DNA of 64,000 nucleotides from Podarcis melisellensis. Lineage: Eukaryota. The notes beneath the pieces are model-generated. The model was not told where the DNA came from and did not search any database. It saw only the letters and a list, made by a program, of their open reading frames with translations. The stretch lies in assembly GCA_964234715.1 (NCBI GenBank), contig OZ174283.1. One strand, 5' to 3'. This document shows, piece after piece, positions 12,467 through 25,062 of this stretch. The position numbers and the translations under genes are program-made. The first letter of the stretch is position 1; every line of letters begins with the position of its first letter.

Positions 12467-13290
12467 ATGTGATTTGACAATAGCTGAAATGAATGCAGAG
12501 GCAAGCAACATTATAGAAGCACCCACTGACAGACCAGGAGCATTACAGCCCAAATACTTGGCAATACTTCCTTCACAATGATGAACGTCAGGGGAAAGGC
12601 AGCAGCCTCTCACTCTCTGAAAATTAATGAAGTCAGTGCATCAAAATAGCCAGCTAGAGAGGTGAACTTTGACATACTCCCAGATAAACATTCTGTGCTT
12701 CTTACTCTCCCTTAGGAAACACATGATACTTCATGGTCTAATCAAATTAAAGTGCACTATAATGGAGAAATTTGTTTGAAAAGAAAGATACCTTGTCTCT
12801 TTACATTCTTTGAAAAGGCAAAAGAGTATTCCCGTGTGTGTGTGTATGTGTGTGTCTCCTGATGAATTTTGTTACTTTCCTTAGTTTGGGTTAAGAAGAA
12901 TTGCCTTAGTCTGGCTTACTATATTATTTTACTGTGTGATGATAGACGGATTCAGAGATGTCATCAGCTGACACATTAAAATGCATTGGCAGTAGCAACA
13001 GATAAAACTCTGCTGCTCAGTTTATCTGTGAGACTGTCTTAAGGCAGAAGGACCTCTCTGACTGTATTGGACATTTGTTTTACTTTATTTAAAATAGTCA
13101 ATATCCAAGTAATTAAGCCACCTTGATTGCCACTTGCTGGGAACACTCAATGAGAATGTAACAAAAAATAAACAAAAATGCTGCCTTTCAATCCAAAAGG
13201 CATCACTTAAGGAGAACCAATAAATTTATGGCATGGATCGTATTGTTTCAGGTGCTTGGACAGTGGGTAGCTTGAAGTAAGGGCTACGGT

Positions 13291-13520
13291 AGAGCAAGTG
13301 TGAGGTAGTGGTTGGAGTGTTGGACTAGGACCTGGGAGACCAGGACTTGAATCACCACTTGGCCATGAAGCTCACTGGGAGACCTTGGAGAAATCACTTT
13401 TTATCGGCCTAACCTACCTCACATGGTTGTTGTGAAGATAAAAATGGAAGTGGGGAAAGAATTGTGTATGTCACCTTGAGGTCTTTGGAGAAAAGATGGG
13501 ATATAAATGTAATAATAAAC
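13291..13520 (+). mobile_element. Older MIR/Squam3-type CORE SINE
   Basis: tRNA head gtgtgaggtagtggttggagtgttggactagg, CORE ctaacctacctcacatggttgttgtgaagataaaa, L2-like tail ending aataataaac. Confidence 0.75.
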
Positions 13521-13634
13521 AAGTAAATCTAGAAAAATAAAATAAACATGCTTTAGATGCATAAGGTTTAAACCCCCTGTATAACCTACCCACATTTGAA
13601 AAGACCCCTGTGTAAACCCTAGAAAATCACTACC

Positions 13635-13725
13635 TGTTGGCCTCTAATTCTGATCAGCCCCAGCTAGCATGGTCAATTATAATGGAGACTGAGCAACATC
13701 TGGAGGGCCTCACACTGGTTAACTC
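13635..13725. mobile_element. Short hAT-like MITE fragment (catctggagggcc family)
   Basis: tgatcagccccagctagcatggtcaat...caacatctggagggcc; related copies 29645-29772 and 42815-42928. Confidence 0.45.
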
Positions 13726-14479
13726 TGGTGTAGACTGTATTTTTGTCTCCAGGAAATAATCCAACTCACTATAGGGCATCTCCTTGTTTCTCAAGTAATT
13801 TCAGCTGATGCTCACTCAGCTAATGACAGATGTTTCTCTTAGAGCTGCAGAACTTCCTACAGCTTTTGTAATGTAATACCCAGCAGTATGACACTTTCCA
13901 GCTGGTAGGTGGGAATGAAGATAGTTAGGAGCCAGTTAGCATTTGAAATGTAGACAGACCATGTGAGAGATAACTATGAGTTGGCTGAGGGTGAAGAATC
14001 ATTGGGTGCCACTGCTCTGAGATCTCTAATGTACGATAAGCAATTTCACTGAAGGAGTCTACTTATCTCCTTCTTGTTCTGCTTATGGATGTGTAAATAT
14101 GCAGACATCACAAATTTCAGTCTCTTATACTGGTGGTAGCACTACCACCAGAACCTCCCACTGCCCAGGAAAGTACATGTAATTGGTAAATGTTTGCTTG
14201 CCTACCTCCAGACTTTTTACTATGAGTCACAGGTATCAGTGGATACATCTTCCCCTTCCAGGCATTTCCCCTTCTATATTGATGAATGCAATATGGAGAT
14301 CCTGTCTATTTCATTAAAAGATATGTGGCAGGCAGAAGAACACAGTTGTTTCCTTTCTTCCTACCCCTCTTATCATTTGTTCAATTCTTTTCTGCTTTCT
14401 ATAGCATACACTTGATATGGAGGGGAAAGATGGAAAGCCAATAGAAACAGGATGGAGTATCTCAGAGCCTGACACTTAT

Positions 14480-14680
14480 TCATTTCCCAGGGCTACAATT
14501 CCCAGTGAGCTTTAACAGTCAATCCCTCTTCCCAGGGAATTGTATTGCTGGAGGAGGACTATGAGTCCCATCACAACTTTCAGTGCCTTTAACAAACTAA
14601 ATTTCCCAGGATGCCTTTGGGGAAGCCATGGCTGTTTAAAGTGGAGTGACACTGCTTTAAAAGTATAGTAAGGATGGAGC
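14480..14680. mobile_element. Harbinger-like MITE fragment
   Basis: ctacaattcccag / aaactaaatttcccaggatg motifs; end tgctttaaaagtatagt similar to 2098-2275 and 58050-58238. Confidence 0.45.
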
Positions 14681-15250
14681 CCCAATTACACAAATGTAAC
14701 AAGTGACCCCTCTGTACGATGTAGGAATCAAACCTCTAACACAGTAGGCTGCACGCTTTGCAACTTGCTTTTCTGGCATATCGGACAGGCGTGGTTGCTT
14801 TTATCTTTTCAACACCTATTGAAGACCTTCTTGGAAGTAAAGAATTTTATCCTAGTCTATATCTATACTGGATTTGAAATCCTTTGTATATATTTATTGT
14901 TGAAGTTTTTATTGTTATATTACTTTGCAATGTTTTATAGGAAGTGATTAATAAACGTAATGCATAAATGACAAATAAATTGTTCAACTCAAGATTTATA
15001 TGACATTAAAGTGCTCAGACCTTGAGGTTTACCCATTACAAATAAGGGGCTTAATTTCAGCTTATTTAAGCTTTAGTGAATATTAAAGGTTGTAATCCCA
15101 CTGACTTCCAAAGAATATCATGTGGCACATTTTGACAACCATATTTTAGTTTCGCATTTTTTAATTTTAAAGAAAATATTGACCCCCATAGAAACACTAT
15201 ATTTGACCTTCAAAGAAAGCTTATTAAAACAAATTAATTTTTAAAGAATA

Positions 15251-15595
15251 GGTAAAGTAAAGGTAAAGGGACCCCTGACCATTAGGTCCAGTTGTGACCG
15301 ACTCTGGGGTTGCAGCGCTCATCTCGCTTTACTGGCCGAGGGAGCCGGAGTACAGCTTCCGGATCATGTGGCCAGCATGACTAAGCCGCTTCTGCAGAAC
15401 CAGAGCAGCGCACAGAAACGCCGTTTACCTTCACGCCAGAGTGGTACCTATTTATCTACTTGCACTTTGACGTGCTTTCGAACTGCTAGGTTGGCAGGAG
15501 CAGGGACTGAGCAATGGGAGCTCACCCCATCGGGGGGATTTGAACTGCCTACCTTCTGATCGGCAAGTCCTAGGCTCTGTGGTTCCGCGTCCCCC
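15251..15595 (-). mobile_element. Sauria SINE
   Basis: Reverse complement of the (ACCTTT)n tail at the left end, diagnostic ggtacctatttatctacttgcac body, 12-bp TSD TTTTAAAGAATA at 15239-15250 and 15596-15607. Confidence 0.92.
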
Positions 15596-16499
15596 TTTTA
15601 AAGAATACTTTGTGCCAATTAGTTAGAAATATAAGGTGATCGCCAATGTTGAAACATACCCAGAGTAGACCTAATGAAATGAAAGAATGTAAAGGACTTA
15701 AGTCCAAGGATTTCAATGGGTCTAGTCTGAGTACAATTTAACTGGATATCATTTGGAGAGATAAAAGCCACTGGGCTGAATAACATGCCAAGCCAAATTG
15801 TGGCTTATCTCACGGCAGTGCAGCAAGCCCAGAGCTAACTGGCTGCAGCCTCCTCTCCACGAAAGCATTATACTCATGCATTAACATTACAAAGTCATGG
15901 TTTGGTTCACTGGATTTATAGTTAGTTTGTGTGAAAATGCCACTTCATTGGATGTGACATACTTTTTAATGATTTGCTGAACAGATTATAATACAGTAAT
16001 GATTCCCTCAACATTTGTTTCTCATGTGTTTGCATATGTGAACTACTTTTCTGAGCCTGTTGGCTTTCCCTGCCTCTCAGATGAAGCCAATACACAGAGA
16101 GCCCCTGATATATTACAATTGCTGCTGAGATACAATGCATAAATTATTATAGTAAGAGCATTATTGCTTGTCTTTGGAAGCTGCAAAACAGCTTCAATAC
16201 AGAGTGGATCACTTATTGTCATGCACTATATAAATAGCTCAAGCTGAGAGCATAAAAATAGTTCCCCTCTGCTACCACTGAGAGAAGCCAATAAGGAAAA
16301 TGAGCACCAACAATTATAGTAATACATCTAATCCATTAATGCCATGGAAGCTACTTGTAATCAGCTAAAGGGGTTTAGGCAATTCCTTACATTTCAGATG
16401 CAATAATTATAAATACAATATTAGAAAGGACAAGAGGAATGTAAGACACTGGGAACAGTTGAGGAAATTCTTTACACTAAGGTTGCAATCTTATACAGC

Positions 16500-17400
16500 A
16501 GTATTATTATTATTCTACACAACTACTCCTGATTGTGAAAGGTTACAAAGAAACTGAGCTGTATGTCATTACCACACGGATTACACTTTTCTCCAAAGCC
16601 CCCCCCCCCAAAAAAAAACCCATCCCCAACTGTTTAATGTTGATATTAAATAGAATTGAGGGCAAAATGGTGCTCTGTGGAACCCCATAACTAAAAATCC
16701 AGGGACTAAAGAGAATGATACCAGTGCTACTCAGTGGCATAGTGTGGGGGGGTGCAGGGGGGCCCGGCTGCACCGGGCGCAACTTCTGGGGGTTAGGGGG
16801 CGCAAATCCACGGGTTAGGGGGTGCAAATTACTTGCCTTGTCCCGGGTGCTGACAACCCACGCTACGCCACTGGTGCTACTTTCTGGAAAAGTCCCTGGA
16901 GGCAGGAGGAACCAGGGTAAAACAGTGTCCCTGCTACCCACCCTGGATCCAGAAGGATATCATAGTTGATGGCATCAAAAGCTTTGGGGTGTTTGAGTAG
17001 AAGAAGTAAGGGTGTATGCCCTTGCCCAACGAACCTTAGCCCTTCCATGCACCTTAGCCCTTCATCTCAGGCAGCACTGGACTTGGGAGCAGTCAAAGTT
17101 TAGGAGCAGCTATATGAGGGATGAAATAGTTGATCAACGATACATTGAGATGAGAGGTGAAGCATGGGTGGCTGAAAAACTGCAGCCTGATGAGATCCAG
17201 AGCTAAGATGCATGGAAAAATGCTGACTATGTAGAATAAGTGCACAGGAGAACTATGCAGAGGTTGCAGTTGGTGGCAGCTGTCACAATTGTCAGAATAG
17301 GAAAATGCAAAGTTGCTTTCAGAACCAGATAGGTTGGAGGAAAGAGAGGTCGCAACCCACCCACTCTGAAATTCAGAAATGGTGGTGGTTTTAGACACCA
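16500..17400 (-). mobile_element. Decayed L2 LINE reverse-transcriptase region
   Basis: Minus-strand ORF pieces 'LLLLLKHPKAFDAINYDILLD', 'TVLPWF', 'SYGVPQSTILPSILFNINIKQLG' correspond to L2 RT motifs (LDLSAAFDTIDH, GVPQGSILSPLLFNIY); boundaries approximate. Confidence 0.7.
16732..16873. mobile_element. hAT MITE (142 bp) inserted in the L2 remnant
   Basis: TIRs CAGTGGCATAGTGTGGG / CCCACGCTACGCCACTG; perfect 8-bp TSD GTGCTACT at 16724-16731 and 16874-16881. Confidence 0.9.
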
Positions 17401-18026
17401 TTTTTAATATATTTCCTGATGTGACAAATTTTCTAAGTGTGGTCCTGCTAGCAATACCCCTGAATTCTGAATCTCTGAAAATGAACCTTCCTATATGTGA
17501 ATGTTTTATAGAGAATACCGACTTAAGGTTTCTAAAGGAAAGAAATGGGGGGTAGGGGAGAAGGGGAAATCCCCTAATGTGAGCATAAAGAGACATAAAG
17601 GAAGAGAAAGGAGAATGGCGTGTTTTGCTTCATCTTTAGTTGCCAGCACACCAGGTCTCATTACTCCAGTTTCACTGCTATGGTAACAACTGAAAAACAC
17701 AGCGAGCAAAGAATTGATCTTCTCCACAAAATCTCATCAGTTGAATAGAGAATGAGCTTCAGGCAGCTAATCTCCCCGTCTTTGCTCTGGAGACAGGGAA
17801 AATCTTTGAGAAGGGGTGGCTGGTTTCTCATTGGTGGCAGCATAAATTTCAGCATGTTGATGAGAGGCTCTTTTCGTGAATTCTCATGTCTGCAGTTGTG
17901 GATAGCATACATTGGGTTGTGATGTACAGGTCTTTCTCAGATACGTGCCATGAAAAACTATCAGCTCCAGCCCCAGATAACATAAAAAAACCCCCTAGTG
18001 TTAGATTGGATCCAGAATTTGATTGG

Positions 18027-18263
18027 GAGTTTGGATTTGATACCCCGCCTTTCACTCCCTTTAAGGAGTCTCAAAGTGGCTAACATTCTCCTTTCCCTTC
18101 CTTGCCCACAACAAAACACTCTGTGAGGTGAGTGGGGCTGAGAGACTTCAAAGAAGTGTGACTAGCCCAAGGTCATCCAGCAGCTGCATGTGGAGGAGCG
18201 GAGACGCGAACCTGGTTCCCCAGATTATGATACTACCACTCTTAACCACTACACCACACTGGC
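18027..18263 (-). mobile_element. Squam3-like SINE
   Basis: Near-exact reverse complement of 11839-12080. Confidence 0.85.
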
Positions 18264-20363
18264 CTGTTCTAGTGTAAGCCCCTCAGACATAAGTGGGCAT
18301 TTCATACAAGCTACTGAGGCCTGCATACAGAGGCCTGATGCAACAAATGCTTGATCACGTTGGAACTGTTATATCCCATGTATAATTCCACTAAAAAAAC
18401 CTTTCACCTCCATACCTAACTGTGAAGCTGCCTTGGACTCGCCATCAACTCATTTCTTACTCCCTTTCCACCTATGCAGCCTTCAGTAATGTTAGGTTTT
18501 ACTTTACCTAGAAAATAGCTTCTGTCTTACTTTATCAATAAAATCTTCTTTTTCTGGCCTCATCTCTGTTACACCCTCCAGGGTACCTTCTGTCTGCTGT
18601 GCTCCTGGTCATTTTGGTAGTTACTGGGCCAGTTTTACCAGACTAACGGCAGGTAGTATCACAGAGGGAGAAGGATCATTAGTATCAGTACTGGCCCATA
18701 GCAACATATTTTTTAAAAAATGGCTTATTCCCTAAGACAATGTGTCCCAAGCAAGCATGGCAGCAGTGATAGGGTCAGTCTTGTCATAATTAGCTGTAAC
18801 TTGTTCAAGCTTGATGAAGTGTAATGACAGATTTGACAGTCTGTGGTCACAATTCATGCCCCCACTCTGAACATGATGGAAGCATACTCTGGTGCCACTC
18901 CTTAGTAAGTGCTGATTCTTTTATATCTTTCTAGACAGAAGTCCAGAAGTTATTCATAGAAACCATGTTTATTTGAGATGAGAAACTGAGGTGGTATCAA
19001 GTTGTTTCTTATTCCTGAGAAAAAGATAAGTGATGAACTATTTCCTGCATTCATTTCATACGTTGGTTTTAGTACACATATAAGTGGAGCTTGTAACATA
19101 GTTTTGCAGTGTATCCATTTTCTGACAGGACTACTACTGTTTATGTTTCAGCCAACTATACTCTATAATTAAGGGGGAATTCTGGTCTCCACACCCATTG
19201 TCTTTTTTTCCATTTTCAACAGAAGTTCAACATTCTGTAGGTGCTGAGCATGGTCACTAGACTGATTTTTTTGTGCCACATTGATTTTGATATATATTTT
19301 TTTTTAAAAAAATGTTATATTTCTACAAAACTTAGGGTTCCCCGGAATCTTTTGTATGTGAGTGGTTCTGTTGTGGCTACAAAATAATCTACAGTAGTCT
19401 CTGAACATCCTTAATAGGGGGAATGACACTGATATGGCAAATCCCACCTCAAATGAATACATAGCGATTCAATGAATGCCAGATTTGTTGAGTAAGATCT
19501 GGATATCATTTTGATGTTTTGGCTCATATGACTGAAGCTACTGTTGTTCCATTGATGAAAGCCTAACTGTTTGCACATGATATATGAGCAGTACGCTTCT
19601 TTGGCATGGATTAGAAGACAAATGTCTTTGTTGCTGTATGTAGTTTATAGAAATTCCTCTTATATATGCAGAAGTGAAATATAAATAGGTCTAAATGAGA
19701 ACAAAATATTCTGGGGGTGGAAAACATTTTAACAGCTTATCCAGCACGCAAAATGTATAGAATAATATGTGAATGTGACATGTTTTTCCCCAGCTCCTTT
19801 TATGCTGAAGAATCTTAGTAACAGATCTGTAATAATCAATTTTAATTTCTATGGCTTATTTTCATAATGTATTCAACAGATTCTGCTGAATACAAAACAT
19901 ATTTATTTGTTACTAGGTAAATTACTTTTTATTTGGTGTTTTGATAGTATACCTTCATGTCCTTCTGGAATATTATTAGACCCTCCTAGCTGACTTGCAG
20001 CAAGCACAGATTCTGCTGGTGGCAACGGGAAGGAGAGTCTTCTCTGTAGTGCCCACATGTTGTGGAGTGACATTTCCTAGCGCATATTGCAGATATTAAT
20101 ATTGTGCAGTTTGAATTGACTGGATGCATGAAAACTGCTCCTTTTGGAATGGAAACATTGTCAAGGACTATAAGTTTAAATCAGAACTTTACTTGTAGAA
20201 CTTTCTTCAAAAACATAACAAAAGCATCAAAGATACATCCAAAATATCCATGCAATGTCTTGTGCTGCCCAGCACAGGCTCAGCATCTTCTTAGAAATAA
20301 CTTTAAACAGGATTGAAATCATAACTCTGTCTCACCCCAATCAGGCCTCCATTAGCCTAGAGC

Positions 20364-21057
20364 TGTTTTCCTGAAGTGTTTCATCTACACCCTCCTCCCA
20401 TGGATCTTGGGAACAAATAACTCAAAGGCTGTTGTGGAGGTGGGGGATGATGAACAAAATCAGTCCTCCTAGCAAGCTGGGAATATCCCCTTACTCACCC
20501 AAGGAGTATTCCACCATTCTTCAGCAGTTTCCTTTTCTTTGAGAAAAATAAGCGGCTCACGTAAATGGAAATAAGCTTTAATAATAAACTGAGAGAAAAC
20601 ACATAACACAATGTCTGAGAGAAACAAAAACAACATCATGAGGCAAGTCTAAGGCAAGAAACATGAAGAGGCAGTTGGTCCCTTTTAACCGCCATTCTTA
20701 ACTGAACATAATGGGACACACACTGAAGGGAGGGGTTGATTCCAGAGCAGAAGACACAAGCCCCGCCCACCAGATACCAAGCACTCTACTATTCAAATTA
20801 GGCCTCCGTGTTTTTCTTACAAAGGCAATTCCATTTCAAAATGGAGAAATTGCAATTCAATACCTTCATCACATCGTTCAAAGGTTATATTCAGTTTAGA
20901 GTAGAGAACAATCAACAGTTAATTATCAACCTGCAAAAATTTCAGAGAGAGCTCTTCTTGCTTTCCTAAAGCTTTAATGGGATCTCCGCGTTAAACCCTT
21001 TCCAACAATGCACAGGCATTTCTGTTTCGGTGTGAATTAAAGCAATTATACTTAACA
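20364..21057 (-). mobile_element. Solo LTR (ERV1- or Gypsy-type)
   Basis: TGTT...AACA termini, 4-bp TSD GAGC (20360-20363, 21058-21061); on the minus strand a GC box (~20761), TATA-like TTAAAA (~20683) and ATTAAA (~20577) occur in LTR order. Confidence 0.65.
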
Positions 21058-21219
21058 GAGCAGGGGAGGGGAATCTTTTCTGGCACTATGGCCAACCTTC
21101 TGTAAGCCACATGCTAGTTGTGAACAGAGCCAGAGGCAAAGGAGGAAGTTGGTGGGTGCAGAGGCAGTGGCATTTTCTGTTGTGCCTGAAGTGGGAAAAT
21201 GTATTGGGCTGGCTCTGAG

Positions 21220-21535
21220 CTAGCATTTTAAAGTTCTCCTAATAAGTTCCTGTGCATATGCAGTTTCTCCTAATATACACATTTTTTTTTGCAAATAAAT
21301 TTGTCCTAATATAATGAATGTTTGTATGTCATTTTCACTAATGCATGCATTTGTATGTACATTTAACCCTAGTAAACACATCTTTTTACACATTACCAGG
21401 CTGAAGAATGGCACCGCAATATTTTGAGAAGTGTGAATTCCTAAGAATGGCTCTGTTTTGGGTTGTGTATTGTTTCAGAAAATGCAGATTAGGTAGACAC
21501 ACCTTTCAATGTGATCTGATACCAATTTCTCCCCC
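21220..21535. mobile_element. AT-rich DNA-transposon-like repeat, partial
   Basis: Similar to 12120-12466 (atgcatttgtatgtacattt...aatttctccccc). Confidence 0.55.
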
Positions 21536-23211
21536 TGCATTTGGATCACTTGCATTCTAAATAGAAAGCATGCAAATCGTGTGGTACATTAGCAGGTTAA
21601 TATTCCCTGTGCTCCTTACATCCCTTCTGCACACAGTAAGCACACTTTGTAAACAATGTTTTACCTCATAGTGTTTTGTTGGTGTTTTCCTCTTCTTTGA
21701 TCTCAGTGCAGGCAGAATCTTCAAATGCAGGCTTAAGCTCCTGGCAAGGTTCCCTGAAGCGATTCTTTAAATTGACTCTTTCATACAGCTGCTGGACATG
21801 TTGCTGTATCTGACAAGGATGACCACATGCCTCCAACTATTTCCTTTCATTACAATTTCACTCATTTTCCATGCGATGCCATATTGTTTCTCTTGGGATT
21901 CTGGCACAGAACTTGTACAATGCCTCTTGAATCAAGGATTCATAGTGTCCCCAGGAATCAGGTTATGTCTTTAAGTATGAAATAGAAATGTATTGATAGC
22001 TTATTCTCACAATTTTATTGTTAATTATCCACAGTACTTTCTTTGATGTCATTATATGTCTTTTGAAACACATGGTACAAAGATTCAGAGATATGCATGC
22101 ATTTATGTTTAGGTTCATGGGTTTCTGCCCATGAATATATGAAATAATTGCTTCAAACCATACAATGAGTGTATCTGCCTTATTGCAACTTTGTCCTTAC
22201 AGCTCAGCTTATAGCTATGACTTAAACAAGTTTGAATAGCGGTAGACCTCGCTCCATAAGAAAGTTACCATTTTATCCATGTTCAGGCATTTACAATTAA
22301 AATTATGTAGTGGGGTGAGAGCACACTTAAAAAGCCTCACTTCCAGTGTCCCTGAAACTATGCATGCACTAAGCATGCTCATCCACATCTCTCTCTCTCT
22401 CTCTCATCCCCAATGGTTCCCCTGGGCAAGCAGACTTACAGCAGAGTAGGGCAGAGTCATCCACAGCCCCCACCACTACACAAATACCTTGTGGACAAGC
22501 ATACGTCTACTTATGTATTTTGTCCACAAAACAGCTTGTGGACAAGCATGTATCTATTAAATTCAGTGGCGCCTTTTTCCATGTAAGTGGGGCTCAGATT
22601 TCAGCTTTAGCAAGGGAGCGAAAGATGAACTGGAGCACAGAACTTATTTTGTCTCTCTTTCCCTCCCCTGTGCCTGACGTTCATGCCCCATCAGAGCCTC
22701 GGGAAGGGGAGGTTCAGAAGCAGATGAGGCATCCATCACAGCTGCTCTGGGAAAGACAAGGCTTCATACTGTATAGTGTTGATAGTAAGGCAAGAAAGAA
22801 GGAAGGTGCATCACGGAAATGCACTGCTAGCAACAATGTTTAGTCAGAGCTCAGGAGTAATCAAGCAGTCCTATGAAAATACTGGGATAAAAGAAGCAGA
22901 AGCAGAACACGTTTTCCCCTAGTTTCCACCAGAAATAGGGACAGAAAGGGGCATTATCAGTTTTATGGCTTGATGATGAGGGATGGGTGTCCAAATCGAG
23001 GCACATGAGGTAAGATCCAAAAAGCAAATGAGATGGATGTGTGGTCCTGTTACAATGGAATGTGATATCCATTGACAACCAGCAGTGGTATGGAACCATG
23101 GAGGGCTACAGAGCACAAACAATGCACTAAACGGATGTGGAATGTGGTGGGTTTCCAAAGGACATAAGGAAGAGCCCAAGGTGAATACTCTGCCTAAATG
23201 GGCCTTATCGG

Positions 23212-23545
23212 CAGTGGCGAAGGAACCCTTTCTGGCACCCGGGGAGGGACCCTGAGGGGCGGGGCAAACCGCCTGGTGGCACACGTGCAACATCCATATG
23301 GACTGCGCATGCACGGCAGCCTGTATGGTTGCCGTGTGAGAGGCAGCCCGTACGGATGCTTGCATGGACGGCGTATGTGAGCGGCAGCCTGTACAGACAC
23401 CACATGAGCGGCACCCATACTAACTACGTTAGTATTTGGCCGCTCTACAGCTGGGGGGAGGCAGCAGGCCATCTTGTCACACCCCCACCCCCACCGAGTG
23501 GTGCTCAGGGTGGATCGCCCCCTCTGCCCCCCTTGAACACCCCTG
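23212..23545. mobile_element. GC-rich non-autonomous hAT element (334 bp)
   Basis: Ends CAGTGGCG / CACCCCTG; perfect 8-bp TSD CTTATCGG at 23204-23211 and 23546-23553; internal ggcagccygtayrg repeats. Confidence 0.85.
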
Positions 23546-23602
23546 CTTATCGGGATTCTTGAGTGGTTAATGAGTTGATCCATACTTAGAAAACTGTTAA
23601 GT

Positions 23603-24331
23603 CACCCCTGTATGGCCCCCCTTTATCATGCCCAACAAGTCAACAACAAGAATCCGCTGACAGCATACAAATCAATCTGGCTAACATGATTCAATAATAC
23701 ATACTCACACCCTAATCACACACAAAATCAGTTCTCACTACAACCAACCAAAGACAACCAACCATACCCTAACCCACCCCCAACTTCTCTCACCACCAAG
23801 GAAATACAAGTGAATAATAATTGAACCCATATAAGTAATGCTGACAGCCCCCCAAAACTAAGTAGGAGAATAGAAGCATAACCACCTAACCCCACCCCAC
23901 TCACCATTTCCCCCTCCCCCCTTTCCCCACTTCCTAACTGTTTAAACCAAATCATGAACCAAGAACTTGTACATTGACCACTAATAGTGAAACATATGTT
24001 GTAGATATTTTTCCACATTAATTATGCTATTTTTGTGATATACCGTATTTTTCTGTGTATAAGACTAGGGTTTCTTTTTACCAAAAAATAGGTTTGAAAT
24101 TGGGGCTCGACTTATACACGGGTAGTGCTGAGGGGTGTTTTCTTATTTTGGAGTCCCCAAAAACAGGGAACGTGTTTTCTTATTTTGGAGTCCCCAAAAA
24201 CAGGGAACGTCTTATACATGGAGGCTTCTTATACATGGAAAAATACGATACAAATGACATGAGAAAACTTGGTATACTTGCTTGTATAACATTATTTTTG
24301 TTTATAAAACCCAGTTAAAAAGAAAAAAAAA
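23603..24331 (+). mobile_element. 5'-truncated L1-type LINE (end of ORF2 + 3'UTR + A-rich tail)
   Basis: A-rich tail 24317-24331; TSD core CTGTTAAGT at 23594-23602 and 24334-24342, preceded by TT/AGAAAA; ...NPLTAYKSIWLT* ORF end; C/A-skewed 3'UTR. Confidence 0.6.
24043..24248. mobile_element. Tc2/pogo-like MITE nested in the L1 3'UTR
   Basis: TA|CCGTATTTTTC...GGAAAAATACGA|TA; internal ~37-bp tandem duplication gtgttttcttattttggagtccccaaaaacagggaac. Confidence 0.8.
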
Positions 24332-25062
24332 CCCTGTTAAGTATCCACACATACTTTTATTACAAAATACTGTAAAAAATACCAATTTAAATCTATCATC
24401 TATACAGATTCAAATTGCTGTTTTTTACAATTTGTTACAGAAATACTGTATGTCATCCCAACTTTCCGGTCAACAATGAGGCAGAATTTCGTTTAGTTAA
24501 TTATGTCATGACTTTATATTATAAATGATAAAAATATACCAGAGCTTTCAGCCACCTACAAGAGATCATGGTGACATTTCAATTTCTTATGTCTTTGCAG
24601 CTTTATGTGCTATGTCATAATGATTGTCTATTAAAATGTTATGCCTTTACCATTGCCTTCATCCTCACCCCCCCCCTTAAACCATATGTTAACAACAATT
24701 AAAATCCTCAACTTGCTTGTTAGAGAATAAGCTGCCCCTTTCTCCACCTCACAAATGTTTTCTTGAATAAGAGATGAAAAACAGGGCACAGCCTCTCCTT
24801 GAAATCTTAAAGATCTTAAAGAATGAGTAGGAACATATGTTTGAAGATGCTCCTTTAGGTATGCAGGCCTTGAAGGGCTTGAAAGTTGACTACTAATATT
24901 TTGAATTGGATTCAGAACATATAACTAGCCAACAGAAGTTTAACTAAAGTTATTGTGTAGTCTCTCTGCAGTATGCTTCAGCTCTAGAAAGTGTGGTAAG
25001 TTAAGAAGCAGAGATGTACCCCTCAGATAACATTATTGGGCAGTTGCCAGAAACTCAACACC

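Noticed and set aside
12808-12825. 18-nt inverted match to ~33153-33170 (cttttgccttttcaaaga) and a possible 16-nt microexon
   Set aside because: Low complexity and plausible by chance in 64 kb; weak splice signals and a frame-shifting length.
16788-16830. GGGTTAGGG telomere-like motifs
   Set aside because: These are two internal repeats of the hAT MITE, not an interstitial telomere array.
23280-23420. Short repeats with variable spacers as a CRISPR-like array
   Set aside because: Eukaryotic context, degenerate units and irregular spacing, all inside a TSD-flanked hAT element.
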